NCBI RefSeq assembly: GCF_963506605.1
Contig: NC_083279.1
Location: 5,704,001-5,768,000, forward strand
Length of the DNA: 64,000 nt
Direction: 5' to 3'
From: Zootoca vivipara
Taxonomy: Eukaryota
The translations under genes and the position numbers were made by a program. Positions 1-13,491 of the stretch are shown here, one piece after another. The stretch's first letter is position 1; each line of letters opens with the position of its first letter. Under the pieces are notes generated by a model, which was not told the DNA's origin, did not search any database, and saw nothing but the letters and a program-made list of their open reading frames with translations.

Positions 1-159
1 AACTCTTCAGTAAACTCTTCCCTAGTGCAACAGCAGGAAAAGGTGAAGCCATATAGGAAATTAGCCAAGTATAGTGGGTACACATGCGAGCTCTCGTACA
101 TGCATTTTTTATTTCTTCACATTCCAGGCTATGTGCAATTCTATATTATCAAGGCCATT

Positions 160-575
160 GTTACCAGGCCAAGCTCAAAGTGCTGATACTAACATATATG
201 TCCCTATAAAGCTCAAGACTAGGTTTCTTTAGAGACCGCTTCATCCCTTCTACACTCAGCTGCGGTCTCCGGGAGTCTCTCCTGCAAGTTCCAAAGATAT
301 CTAAGCAGTAACTCAGAGCACAGCTTTTAGTGTGGCTGCCCCTGTTCTGTGGAACAGCAGTCCTGTCGAGATCCAAGACTGCACTTTCTGGAAATGGCTG
401 AAGACTTTTTTGTTACAACAGGCTACCCCAGCTGGATAGATGAGTCTTTTCCACAAGTGTCCATTTGTTTTAAATCTATTGGTGGTCTTTGTATTTTCAA
501 TTGTTTTAATTACTTTATGTAAATCACCTGGATATGGCGTCTTAAAAGGCAATTAGCAAATTAATTGTAACAATA
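160..575 (+). mobile_element. L2-type LINE 3' fragment (degraded)
   Basis: Sequence resembles the squamate L2 3' region (ccaagctcaaagtgctgatactaacatat...gagaccgc...ctgaagactttttt) and ends in an A/T-rich tail. It is similar to the better-preserved copy at 56848-57347. Boundaries are approximate. Confidence 0.6.
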
Positions 576-3228
576 ATAATGTCTGTGCCTTTACGAAAAA
601 ACCACTGTAAAGTGATTGCCCTTTAGTTACTAATATTTTTTACACTTCTAATATAAGTACATAGGTTTTGATTGGAGCCAGAAAAACTATTTGCATTAAA
701 ATTAGTCTGCTTCCTATATTATGAACCATGTGTCATATTCTTAGGGTGGGGGAAATCTAAAAAGAGAGAAAATGCATTTTTTACCATCACCAGCGAAAGG
801 ATCTTCAAGTAACCACACCACAGAAAATAACTGTGTCTGAATACAATAATAATTTAAAAAACAGTTCCTGTATGTCTGCTTGTTTTGCAGCGACTCCACC
901 TATTTCACTGAGAAGCGCAAGCCATCCTCATTACACTTGATGCTCCGTGCCATTTTAAATGCTGCCACAGATGTGGAAGACGCACACACAATGCAATACA
1001 ATACAATACAGGCCTACCTATATAGAAGAAGCAAAACAAAAAAACCATGTCAGGATGGGTGGGCAGGGAAGGCTTGAAAATGCAACTCACCAGAGTTGGG
1101 ATCGGAGTTGCCGTCCGCTTCGGTCCTCTTGTCCGGTGAAGCCTGGTCGTAGAATTCGTCCTGCGGCTGAACCAGAGGGAGAGGGTGTGAGATCAGGGTA
1201 CCACTACCCACAGGCTCATGATCTCCTAGACCACTGTCACTGCAGCTTTCCTGGGAGCCATCGGGGAGGTGAAACGTAACACGGCGCTGGGACTACAAAG
1301 AAGAGCACAGGACACGCTGGATTAGTGCTCTTCTTTTACCTACTGGAACTCTCTTTTAAAATGTATCTTATTACCTTTTTGTCATTCCCGCCCCCCTCCC
1401 CAACCACCACCCCTTTGCTGCAACCCAGGAAAGGAAAGAAATCAGGGTGTGATGGGCAACTTCACTTGTTTACTTCACTTATTGACTCCACCTGGTCGTT
1501 ACAGTTTCGACACTACCTGTCTCCTCTCTTGGCTGCTCGTATGCAGCTAGTGTGGAAGGAACAGAGCCCTTCCCTAGGCATCCCTCCCAAGCCCAGGAGC
1601 CCAGAGGCCTCCCAAGGGCTGTAGGTCAGAAAAAGAGGGCTAGCAAAACAGATCCGAGAGGGAGGGAGACAGACAAGGAAAACCAGCCATGGATGGTGGC
1701 TAGGGAGCATAAAGGGGATCCAGGAAACAAAGACAAACGGGGGGAAACCAAAAGGAGGAGGGTAATTCCTCATAAGAAACCTCCAACCAGGGACTAAGGC
1801 AGGCAATGGAACTGGGGCAGGTTTGTCCCTCAAAAGTTTTTTAAAAAAACTTTCTGGGTGGAGACAACCCACATCATGGATCCCAATTCTCCCCTATAGG
1901 AGAAGCTGCTTTTCATTCAAAAGGCCCCTTGTTTGACCCCAGAAAACACCAGGTAGGGGAAAGACTCCTGCCAGAAAGCCTGGGAAGTCACTACCAGTCA
2001 ATGGAGACCGGCCTTTGCAAAAGTAAGTGAATGGACTGACTCCACATGAGACAAATTCAAGCGTATGGGATCTGAACCCAATTCAGCTTTACTTGCCAAC
2101 TACTGTACACCTGTCTGGGTTATATACAGATTTATCGTGGGAACTGGCATCCCTGTGGAAAACTCCCTGCTCTTTTGGCCATGTTCTTTCAGTGGCACAT
2201 CATCTGGAAGTGAGCTGCCTCGCCTCTTGCAGTGTCTTACAATGGGATAGCTTGAATTGCATGGCATGTTCTACCAAAGGAAATGGCCTGGGCAGATAGG
2301 AATGGGTCAGAAGGAGAGAACGTTTAGCCAGGCCTTCCTGGGACAAATACTGTGCAACTTATTTGAGAACCATATCTCACAACTTTGCTAGCGTATCCTT
2401 ATTTTTAAACAACAACAATAAAATTCTGAAATTGTTAGTAGTTTGGGGCAGCAAGATGAAATGTGACATGACAAGGCAAAAGGTACGCATGTGGGTTATC
2501 TAAATATGAAAATGTGCTTCTAGGAAGTATTAGTTTGTAGTTAACATTTCATCAATGCATAATATTTCAAAAACTCTTAGCAATAAGACACATGTAACAA
2601 CAATTTGCCTGCAATCTGCTGGAGTAGAGGAGATATCTATCTAGACAGAACTACGTAAAACCACTTTGCGATGTATAACGCGAGATAGATCAGATTACTT
2701 GAAAAACCAAATAAAAGTGCTCCTCTTATTCTCTACTAGCATTACATAGAATAAATTAGGTTTGGAGTTTTTTCCAGGCACTATGGGAAGGATTAAAGGA
2801 TATGTAGAATAAATTGTGTCATTGCTGGGATATAGTCTAGTAGTTCAGAAAGGCAGCTTTAAAAAGAAAAAGTAAGAAACTCCCAGTGGGCGTTAATATC
2901 AAGGATTTCAGTCTTAGTCAGAAAAACTTACATATATGGCATCAAATTTAACTTACTTATCACAAGGGGCAAAGAAACAGCACAAACGCAGTAAGCTTTG
3001 GCTTACTTTCTTTGTACAAAGAAGCAATATCCATATTATTGAACACTGACTTGTATCACTTTTTGAGTTCCCAACTCCTGAAGGCTTACAGCAGGGAAAG
3101 ACCACTCTTCAGAGCTCAATTGGAGCAAACAGCAGTTTGGGGTTCTTCCCTTTGAAAGAAACAGTGGGAAACTGCCTATATCTGTAATTTCTAGGCATGG
3201 GACAAGCAGAAGTGTGAAAAGCCCCCCA

Positions 3229-3412
3229 CAGGGCCGGCTCTAGATAGACGCGGTGAGCCAGGGCGCGGCGAGCCAGGGCGCGGCGAGCCAGGGCGCCGGG
3301 CCGGTAGGCAGGGTGCCGCACGGAAACCATGCTGCGCCCTGCGAGGGCAGGGGCGCCGGAGCGATCTCCGCCCCTTAGCACCAGGGTGTGTGACCTGCTC
3401 AAGACTGCCCTG
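3229..3412. mobile_element. GC-rich non-autonomous hAT-like DNA transposon (MITE)
   Basis: Imperfect TIRs CAGGGCCGGC / GACTGCCCTG, an internal 15-bp tandem unit (gcgagccagggcgcg) x3, and C-rich flanks on both sides consistent with an imperfect 8-bp TSD. Confidence 0.65.
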
Positions 3413-4034
3413 CCCCCCCCAACACTATTTTAAAAGCATGTTTTCCCTCTGCTAGGTTTAGGTCACTTCAGGCACCACTGGCCTGCTCCTGGATTGAGTT
3501 TGTATCTTGTGTACATTTCACCAGATTATTTTATGCTGGGCTTCCCTTACACCAGCTTCTTGTGCAAATGATTGCTCTCTTAAATGTTTATAAGTAGGAT
3601 TTCTCCCTTAAATGTCTAAATGTACATTTTTAAATGCAGTGTTGTGTATATGTGTGCTCTTTCCTTGGAAAATATTGCTAGCATTGTTCGAATAGGGAGT
3701 TATTATGCTCTACTTGTCAGAGCATATTAGATTTCATGAAAAGACTGGTTTTTATTATTAGCTATTGTGAATATTTAAAAGGATGATCCTTAACTTATCT
3801 TCTTCAAGTTATGTCACACTTATTGGTTGCACACACAGAATTAATAAAATTGCTCTCTCTCTCCTTACAAATTGTCTGTGCAATCTTCTTCGCTATACTT
3901 GGAATCATGAAAAGTGGCAGACCAAACCACAATCCACTCTCAGACTGGAGGGAGACAAGCAATTGTTAGTTTGAGTGTTATTGTTCGAAAAAGTTAAGAC
4001 TGTATGAAGAAAGCATTGTGGTTTCTATGTAAAT

Positions 4035-4335
4035 CAGGGGTCCCCAAACTAAGGCCAGGGGGAGGGATGTGGCCTGCACAAGCCAATTGTGTGCCCCCCG
4101 CCGCCCACTCTTATCGGTGCGGTTGCCCATCTCCGGGTCGGTGCGACGCCAGAAATATCTTGTGCGTATGCGCGGGCCGGAGGGCATGCTCCCATGCGCA
4201 CGCGGACAAGCGATTTCTGGTGCCACGCCAACCCGCCAGAAAAAGTATGGGAGCGCGTTCCCCCCGCCCTCCGGCCCTCCGCGCGATCGGCGCCGGAGGA
4301 ACCGGCACGAAGCTGGGTAAGTTTGGGGACCCCTG
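4035..4335. mobile_element. hAT (Charlie-like) MITE
   Basis: TIRs CAGGGGTCCCCAAACT / AGTTTGGGGACCCCTG, 8-bp TSD ATGTAAAT/ATGTAAAC, CpG-rich interior. Confidence 0.9.
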
Positions 4336-6172
4336 ATGTAAACCTTTCTAATTTATAAAGAAAGTTTCACATACAATTTTTTTCCCAAAAGAGGGGTCAT
4401 AAAGTTTTGTATGTGCCATTATCTCTTTTCACTTCACATCTTGTATATTGTTTAGATTGCATCTAGAGATATTATGTGGGCCTGCGACAAACACACATTT
4501 GCAAGCATACATATGTAGAGGTCAGAGTGTTTGTCTGCAGATTCCTAACTAATCATCCACGGGTAAACCTGTGTTTGCTGCTGCACATAATAATGTGAAG
4601 CTTGTTGGACTGGAGATTATAGTCTCAGCAGAACAAAAATGTATGTGTACACCATAGGAAATGATGCCTATTTGCTATACCCTCAATGTTGGTAACTATT
4701 GTCCTGGGATGAGATGGTAATAATCCACCATCTGTGTCATTTCTGAGTGACCATGGAGTTGCATGAGGCCAGTTCTGGCATTTTAACCAAGCATCTACTT
4801 GTCTCCTTCTTACATACATAAATGGTTTCCACAGTTCAAACCATGCTCAAGGCAGCTTACAACATGGAAAATTCATAACTACAGCATAACCATAAAGCAT
4901 TAAAACTTTAAGTTTCATTCACAAACAAACAGTAGTTGAGAAAGGTATGCATTAAACAATTAAGAAACAATGGACATCATTTTCCATGTGTTTGTGAGAG
5001 AGAAAAGTTTTGTTCTTTGCATCAAACTTCTCTGAACAGTGTTACAATTCTCAATCGAAAGGTGACACTTCAACTACTGACAGGGAGAGTAATATTTTAT
5101 ATTTTATTCCAGCTATTCAATTAGCAGAAAATCATCTTTTTTCTTCCTTAATAAAACACCCAGTATCTATCTACACTTGTCTCAACTGCAAAGTGAAATA
5201 AATTTCCCTTTAACAAGCAAATAAAGTGGTACAATTTAATCTAATCTAACGCCTTGCTTTATCTTACTCAACTGGGAGCCAGCTAATGCTAATAATTTCC
5301 TCATTTTAGCCTTTTAAAACAAGAATTAATGTGTCTGAAGCTTAGGAAATCAATTCCAGTCTCATGCTTAGGTTAAATTAGCATTAGGTAGTGATGGGTA
5401 AGATCCTGACCACTTGTGCCATATGAAGAAAAAGTGAGGATGCAATAGAATACCCTGGTTTTCATTCTTTCATTTGTGTGAGAGTTGTTTGAGCTAATTG
5501 GTTGATTATTTTGAAGAAGTCTAACCTAACTGATTACTTTTGATAAAACATAATTCAATGGGATCCTGTTCCTATTACCCACAGTGCAGCATAGCTGGAA
5601 ATTAGGTTCATGTCCTCTGGCACCTGAGAAATTTCATTTCCTACCTCTGATGCTTAGATCCTCTGCTCTTATTCCACCCATACTTAGGTACCCTAATTGT
5701 TTTGGGTTTTTATTTAAGATTCATGAATGTTATGTGAAGCCATTACAATAACATGCACACATTCATATTTGCTGAAAAATGTCCACCAAATTACACATAG
5801 CGGGAGGAACTATTTATTGCAGTCCCCGCCACCCTGCATCCCACACACAAACGCACACCTGAGTCCTTGAAGATGGAGGTTCAGCCACCAACTGTTAGGA
5901 ACTGTGTTTTGGTCTATACTACAATGTTATCCCTAAAATTTAACACCTTAGGACCAAACCAGGTATAACACAGGGCACCCTTGCTTAGGATCTTTCCATT
6001 TTATATAGGTTTCACTCTCTCCAAGAGTATGAGTTCCATGATCTTCAAACCAGGCAAGCTAATTCACCTCTGCATGCACATACCTTCATACATGCACAAA
6101 CAAGCCGTGCAACATCCTGACAATAGAATGACTTAGCTTGGTCTACGACACATAGTGACATAGTGCAATGTC

Positions 6173-6550
6173 TGTCGCAGAGTGGTAGCATGTGGAAGTA
6201 ATTTGGTGCCATAGTCCCGTGCTGCCCAGCCATGGCAGAGCTCAGTGGCAGGAGAGGCCAGCCAACCAGCCAAGGCTCAGGGGGGTCCTTGCCTGGAGGC
6301 AGAGTCCATATGCAAGGTTCAGTCCAGTCCTAAGGTCAGGAATATCTCAGTTCACATAGTCAGGTGGTCCAGGGGTCAAGAAAGCCGAGGGTTCAAGGTC
6401 GCGAGAAGCAAGAAGCAGCAAGGTCTGGCCAGGAACAACAAATGTTGTTTCCAGCCACTGACTGAGGCTGGAAGCAAGAAGGCTGATCAGAAACAGGTGG
6501 AGTCACTCTGTCTTCAGGTTGCAGGTAAAGCCGATTCGTGGTCCATGACA
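6173..6550. mobile_element. Possible solo LTR (Gypsy-like)
   Basis: TGTC...GACA termini and a compositionally distinct interior with repeated (g/c)aggtc-like motifs. No TSD seen. Confidence 0.35.
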
Positions 6551-7339
6551 TTTGGATGGATTGCACATTCTCAGAATGCTTTGGTTTTCCTTAAAACACC
6601 CACATGTGGGGGTTTAGCTCACTGGTTACCACGAGCAGGAGAACAGCCAGTGGAAGCCTGCTTGGTGAAGCTGGGGCCTCTCCACCAGCAGGCTTGTGTG
6701 GAAAAACCTGTGTGCCCCCCTAAGTTGCCCCCACTGACACGGGGAGTTAGGGTGGCTCTGTAAGTATTCTTACAAACAATACTTCACAGAATAGCCCTAC
6801 AGCTTGATTTAGGTGGCAGCATGAGGGATAGATGCAGACAGCAACTGATGTCTCAGTAATATTTGCCCTATAGGGAAAGCACCAAAAGCTCCACTTCATG
6901 CAGCAAAATGCCACTGACCTTGTTGGAGTGAGGCACTTGAAACACAGCACAGCTTAAGTTAATGACTTTTAAGTCCCACCAGTTTTAGCGAGACAGAATT
7001 AAGGAGTATGCTTAAGGAGTCAGTGAGATTAAACACCCTTCCCTTCGGCTGGACTGTGCCCTACCTCCGCCTCAGGTTCAATCATCCTTTCACAATAAAC
7101 CACTTATTAAAACAGTCCAGGAATTTCACAGCAGAAAGTCTCAAAGCTACAACTGATACCCATTTACTGGTAAATTCCACAGAGCCTTCCATGTCTACTG
7201 ATAGCCAACAACAGCTTATATATGAATTTGTATACCACCTAGTAACTTAAGTCCTCTGGGAAGTGTATAATACAAAAGTCTTCTTAAAAAAGAAAGCAAA
7301 ACCAAACACATATAGGCGCAATAAAAAATAGAAGAGCTA

Positions 7340-7570
7340 AATGCACCACCAATAAGCCATAGATAAAATATCAAAAATAGCTTAAGCATTTTAAATGCCT
7401 AGGAAAACAAAAAGGTCCTCACACGGGCAGAAGGCAAGCTTCTTTGGAAAAGGGCATTTCATAACGAGGGCACCAGGGAAAACTTGGCAGCTATGGACAA
7501 GATCAGCCAGTGATAATGGTGGCCAGGAGGGAGGGGAGCCTGGAGGTTTTCTTGCCAAAAAGGCCCTCTG
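7340..7570 (-). mobile_element. L2-type LINE 3' fragment
   Basis: Resembles the reverse complement of the L2 3' region seen at 52600-52950. Degraded, with approximate boundaries. Confidence 0.4.
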
Positions 7571-9300
7571 AAAACTGAACTGGAACAGCTGAAAATATAG
7601 CCATTCCTCCTGCACCCACCCACTCCAAAGTCAAGATACCCAAGACCAGACCAGCATCCGAGACAGAAAATCCCAGAAGTTCTTGTCGCTCTGACAGCAA
7701 AAGTGTCTACATTTACTACTGCTGCTTAAGATTTTAGTGCTGCTTCATGATGCCCCAGAGCAGCTTCCTGAGGCAGCCCCCTCACTCAGGCTAATAGTAG
7801 AGCAGACTTTGCCAGGCCTTCTCCTCCCTTTCCCCAATTCACCCCCCTCTGTCTTTGTCTCCCCTCCCTGTGACAGCATCCACTTGTGTGTGTGTGTGGG
7901 GGGGGGGAATTAAGCAGGATGGGGCAGCATTCAGGAGTAAGCAGGGTGGGCATAAAACCACCTCCTGCCTCCACAGCCCATCCTGAGTTGGGTTTTGCTG
8001 CCCCTTAAAAATGTGACAGAATGTTTGGAAGTGGCTTTTATATGCAGGAGATAGTCAGAGGTCTTCTGCGGTCTCGTGTCAGGAACGCGGCTTGATAGAG
8101 CATCCCTTCAAATAATTATTCACTTGGAAAACAGGCTGCACTTATGCTTTGCTTAGTGTCACTCACACAAGCTGAGATTAAAGTTCATGTGGGGATAAGA
8201 AGGTAGGAACCTTCCAATTGATCTTTAAGGGATTCTTTTTTTTAAGAGCCAGTGAAAATCCCTTTAGTATTCCATTCTGTTAGCTTTCTTTAGCACAGTG
8301 TATGACCTTGGCAATCTAGGAGGCCACGGCCCTTGTGTAAAAGCAGCAAGCTTTTATCTAATGGGATGTGGCCCTCCCTGTACATTATGATTAACCTCAG
8401 GTTTCAAACACTTGACTTACAAAATTGTTCACTTAAAGAGAGTTGTGGGTTTTTTTTTTGTTGGGTATTCTTTTTTTAAAGCATTTGAAACTTTTGAAGC
8501 AGACTAGCTTAACAGAGCAAGACCAGAGCTAGCCCACAAAGTACTGCATGTCACTTCTTTTCTTAAAAAATGAACTAATTGCCAAACAAAACTGTTTGAC
8601 TGCATAGGTTTCATAAGAAGAGCTTGAGTTAACCCTGCAGCATTTGCTAGCTCTGAACCCTTTGAGATACACTAATAACTAGTGTAACATAGTGATAAGG
8701 CTGCAATCCTAAACCCAGTGACCTGGTCTCACTTGAACCCAGTGGGGCTTATTTCTGAGTAGACATGTATAGCACTGCACAGTTAGAGGATGAGCAGTGA
8801 GCCAGAAGCTGTTGGTTAAAATCCTGCTTCAGCCAAAAATTCAGCAGGAGACCGTAAGCGAGCCATATTCCATTAGCTTCATCTCCCAACCTGCAGTAAC
8901 ACAGGCTCACCTTCCAGGTGAGAATTGCAAGAATTACAGAGAAAAGGTATGTGGCATGGTTGAATATCCAAATATGCTGTACTTGATTGGTTATTATCTG
9001 CCTATCACATTGATAGCCTGTAGTTCATCCAAGGTACCCAGGGCCTTGTAAAAAGGGTTATCCTTAATTGTTCCTCATCAGACAGTTTCTCCCCTGCCCT
9101 GCTCCCATCCTGTGTCCATTTATACACTAAACATGCACTAACTGAGCCAGCCTTGCACCAATTCCCACCTGTTTGTTGTCTGAGGTTGAGGTTGCTTTGC
9201 ATCTCAAAACTAGGTCACCCAATTCAAATAAACATCTCTATGATATTCTGGTCAGCATTATAATAGTATAAAAATTATTGCAGTGAAGTAAAAAAAAATT

Positions 9301-9382
9301 CCTTCCAGTAGCACCTTAGAGACTAACTAAGTTTGTAATTGGTATGAGCTTTCGTGTGCATGCAAACTTCTTCAGATACCAA
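9301..9382 (-). mobile_element. Penelope-type short repeat carrying a minimal type I hammerhead ribozyme motif (copy 1)
   Basis: Minus strand reads TTGGTAT-CTGAAGA-AGTTTGCATGCACAC-GAAA-GCTC-ATACCAA: CUGANGA and GAAA core, stem I and stem II. It is followed by ...GTCTCTAAGGTGCTACTGGAAGG, which is shared with the copy at 10797. Confidence 0.75.
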
Positions 9383-10796
9383 AGAAGGTTTGATGAAAGC
9401 CCAATACCTACCTCTCCTGTTTTATGACTATATTTTTTTTCCCTGAAACACACTATGAAGGGAAAGAGTTAAAACTATTATTTGAGTTGTCATGAAACAA
9501 ACAAGAAACCTGTTGTTTATAACCCCATTTACCTGGAAGTAAGCCCATACTGAATTCAATTGGACTTTCTGAGAAGACATGCTTAAAATTCTGCTGTAAA
9601 TTGCTTAACTACGGTATCAAACAATTTGCCAAGATGGGTGAATATTTATGTGTGTGCATACGCACCCACAAAACCCCATAATGCTGAAGTGGGGGAAGAG
9701 TCTAACCAAGATGTTGAGTAAATTTAGAATAAAACTGTTAACTTCAAGGCTAACATTAAAGTTATTGGGATTGATACTTGGGGGTGCATCTTGAAGAATG
9801 GTGGATTAATGTGTAGTGGAAACAGCTGGTGTGTCAACCGTGGATTTTATGAAGTGCATATGTTCATTTTGGTGTTTCTGATTTTGTTTATCTTATCATA
9901 AGAAGAAGAATGGTGGAGGGATTGACTTTATCTTCTCATATTTCCCTGGCAATATCTTCACTCTCTTTTTTTTGCTACATCCTTTAGGCTAAAACCTCCC
10001 TTTTTGTTTGTTGCATCTTCAGTCTCCTCACTTTACTGCAAGACTTTGTTGCACAAGATTACTTCTATAATAAGAGTCTATTAAACAGATGAACATATGG
10101 GGAACAAGGGGTAGCAAGGATGCAGAAAGAGCAATGACAAAGAGCAAGTACAAATTCCTATGCACAGCCCTTAATTAAGCATACATTTAACAATATTATA
10201 AGAGGCGCGCACACATTCCTGTGCAAAAGGGTGTGTGCTTTTTTAAAAAGCAGAGTCTCAATAGAGGGCTGCTGGAGGGGGAATAGCACATTAGAAAATT
10301 GCCCCCCCCCAAGTACTAGTGCATGTAATGGATATCTGTCACTGACACCTCGCTGGGTTACAATTAATTCTGAGTCATCAGTCATGCCTTCTCCTGAGAG
10401 CGCAAAAAAGTAGCAGCAGCAACAGGATTGCCCTTTGAGGATAAGCTTTTGTAACATGCTAGGATTCTAGAAGGCAGCCATACATCTAGTAATGCCACAG
10501 ACACCACAGCTGTCAGCTTAGATAAATGGAGCCTGTGCTGAAAAGCAGAAAGTGGACATGGATTGTCAAAGATAATATGGCTAACTTAGTACATCATGTG
10601 CTACATATGACTTATCCCAGTGCTTAATTCAAATATTTTAAGTCCATTACTCCAAACTACCTCAAACTATTGACTCTAGAATTGAAACCAGCTATTTCAA
10701 AAGTGTCATTTAAATTGGCTTGTTGGCTTCAAGGTGCATACAATATGCACCTAAATAGAAGATGTGTCTATTTAGATACAAAATAATATATATATA

Positions 10797-10876
10797 CTTC
10801 CAGTAGCACCTTAGAGACCAACTAAAAGTTTGTCATTGGTATGAGCTTTCATGTACATGCACACTTCTTCAGATAC
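10797..10876 (-). mobile_element. Penelope-type short repeat carrying a minimal type I hammerhead ribozyme motif (copy 2)
   Basis: Minus strand reads GTAT-CTGAAGA-AGTGTGCATGTACAT-GAAA-GCTC-ATAC. Near-identical to 9301-9382. Confidence 0.75.
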
Positions 10877-10898
10877 AGTTAGTGCTATTTCTCTAGAC

Positions 10899-11034
10899 CA
10901 GGCATCCCCAAACTTCGGCCCTCCAGATGTTTTGGACTACAATTCCCATCATCCCTGACCACTGGTCCAGTTAGCTAGGGATCACGGGATTTGTAGGCGA
11001 AAACATCTGGAGGGCCACAGTTTGGGGATGCCTG
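10899..11034. mobile_element. 136-bp palindromic hAT MITE (copy 1)
   Basis: TIRs CAGGCATCCCCAAACT / AGTTTGGGGATGCCTG, perfect 8-bp TSD CTCTAGAC. Confidence 0.93.
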
Positions 11035-11736
11035 CTCTAGACAGAGAGGTGCCAGAATTCACCATGAACACCTCCCTTGTTCTCTCATAATAGCAATGGT
11101 GCCCACCTGAGAGGTGCTGGAACTGAGTGTGTGGTCCAGCTGAAAAAAGTATTATTTTTTAAGATAAAGCACTCTTCCCAGAAACTCCACAGATCATTCA
11201 AGTCATCCATGGGGCTCTGCCTTATTGCTGCTCTCAAGGAGCATGGCTTTTTTCTGCTGTGGGACCCAAGTTGTAGGATTCACTGCCAAGGAGACAGGAT
11301 TGAACACAGATTGCAGAACAGTCTACAGCTCTATTAGGGAATGCTGCTTGTATGCGAATGCTATGTGTGAGCAAGGAAAGCAAAGATCCATGTGATAAGC
11401 TCCATTCCTTGTGTCATAGGAACAATGAAGAATCCTCAGAAATATACAGTAGGATCCAAATCATCTGGGGAGTCTCCAACTTGTGGGTGGGGATGGGGTT
11501 AGCACCTTATGGGAGGACCCTATCCCCCATTACCCTGCTCATGCCTCAATAGGGTTTATATAAAAGCCAGTTCTCAGTTTTCCATCCCAATGTACCAAGA
11601 AACAGATGGGATCCATTTTGATCCTCAGTTGGATTATTGAGTTTATCCCAGGGATTACTGGTGAGGAGAGCAAGTTTATATCCTATCCCAATGGTGTCCC
11701 CTTTACTTTTCATTTAGGGATTAATTGCAACTTTTC

Positions 11737-11737
<1 letters not shown>

Positions 11738-11770
<33 letters not shown>
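11738..11770. repeat. (GTT)n microsatellite
   Basis: Direct observation. Confidence 0.95.
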
Positions 11771-11866
11771 ATAATTGTAATTATATTATTATTATTTGGG
11801 GGAGGGAGCATAGTGCTTCAAACCAATGTCATTGCAGTAAGGGTAAAAAAACAACAACACTTCATC

Positions 11867-11956
11867 CATAGCTGCCAAGTTCTCCCTTTTTTTAAGGGAA
11901 ATTCCCTTATGCTGAATAGGCTTCCTCGCGAGAAAGGGGAAAACTTGGCAGCTATG
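11867..11956. mobile_element. 90-bp hAT MITE (CATAGCTGCCAAG family)
   Basis: Perfect TIRs CATAGCTGCCAAGTT / AACTTGGCAGCTATG, 8-bp TSD ACTTCATC. Confidence 0.92.
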
Positions 11957-13457
11957 ACTTCATCTCGTCCTTCACTAATAGGGATCTGCCTATATGTCTG
12001 AGCACACATGTGCATGCAATGGGAGGGTATGCGCTGAAAGACACGCCCATGGAGAGGACCTCTCTCCACACCTGTTACAATGACAGTCGTTTTGAATGAA
12101 GACTGGAGAGAAGGCTAATTGATAACAAACCAGAAGGTACCAGGTGCCAATGTGTTCTAATGCAAGGATGGGGAAGCTTTTTTGGCTCAAGGTCCACATT
12201 CCCTTCTCGAAAACCGTCTAAGGGGCTGAACGGTCTGGTGGGTGGGATCAGAGACACTGCAATACCTGCAAATGTTATCTTTGCGCAGGAGGCCATCTTC
12301 TGCAGACACCCACATCTCTACCTTACATCTAGCCATGCAAAGAGGCACTAGCTGAATTCAAGGATATATTGTAGCAAGGCAAACCACCACCCTCAGGGTG
12401 TAAAGCAGGGTCAGTGAGGGGCATGGCCCCAGAAGAGTGTGTTTGGGGAAAAGTTCCAAGAAGAGAGGCTTGTAGGGCCGCATTTGCCCTCTGGCCTCAA
12501 GGCTCTCAATGGCTGTCTTAAAATGTCCTATCAGTGCTTCAACAAGGAGATCTTCTTGAAGTTTGCTACCACAGAGGAAAGAACTACATGCTGAGACTCT
12601 CACACAGCATGCTATAAAACTTCTGAGCTGGGGAATCGGGTGGCACCCGAGGGACAAACTGGAGCCACAGTGTAATAAAATGCTCTGCCATCCACATGTT
12701 GCTGACTGAGGCCACCAGCTTGTTCCCTCCACTGTTATTCTCCAATTCTCTGGCCTCCCTTGGAAGTGATTTCTGCTAGACTTTGACCTGCCAGCCATAC
12801 TTGCTTGCTATTAATTTTGAGTGTCTGACACTACCCAATATAAGTGAATTTTGATTGATTCAGAATTGATTGGTGTGTGTAGTTTCTTTAATAAAGAAAC
12901 AATACTTCCCCTCTAACCCTCAAACACACACCCCTCCCACCTTTCAATATTACATTTTGCCTGCACTAGGTTGGGGGAATGCCAAAACATTTTAAAGCAA
13001 ATTGTGCCAACTTAACTTCAATATGATGAAATCAAGTATTTTTCATATCACAAAGATTTCTGATCTGAAACATGTCTTAGGCTGAACGATGGAAGCAAAT
13101 AAAAATGGCAGTACTTTGGGATTTAAGGTGTTATCTCTCCATGGAATATATCATAGAACTTAATGTTTGTAGAAGTCATCTTATCTCAGACTTCACAGGC
13201 TGACAAAGTACACAGAAAATGCAGTCAGACTCCTGGTTTGATCCTTGACTTTGACAGATCACAGATATGAAAATCTTAGCAATTTTCCATGGGTCCTGTA
13301 GGCAGGTTGATAACTGATGATGAAAAGGAGCAGGTATCCATAATTAGCTTCAGAAGTTAGCCCAACAGGAGAACTCCTTTTCTGCACAGGAAGCATAAAC
13401 AGACACTGCCTGCCTCAAATGCATAATCAAGATTTAGACATGTCTAACTTTGCTATT

Positions 13458-13491
<34 letters not shown>

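Noticed and set aside
1048-1880. Possible LTR-like sequence starting TGTCAGG
   Set aside because: I could not define a matching end, TSD or polyA signal with enough confidence.
6245-6763. 172-aa ORF
   Set aside because: No recognisable domain, non-ATG start, and it crosses the boundary of a probable LTR.
11606-12001. ORF with poly-Val hydrophobic stretch (similar poly-Ile/Asn/Cys ORFs at 23231, 48028, 58060-58357)
   Set aside because: Produced by microsatellites.
12358-12798. 146-aa minus-strand ORF
   Set aside because: No homology recognised, no exon structure, and composition typical of random ORFs.
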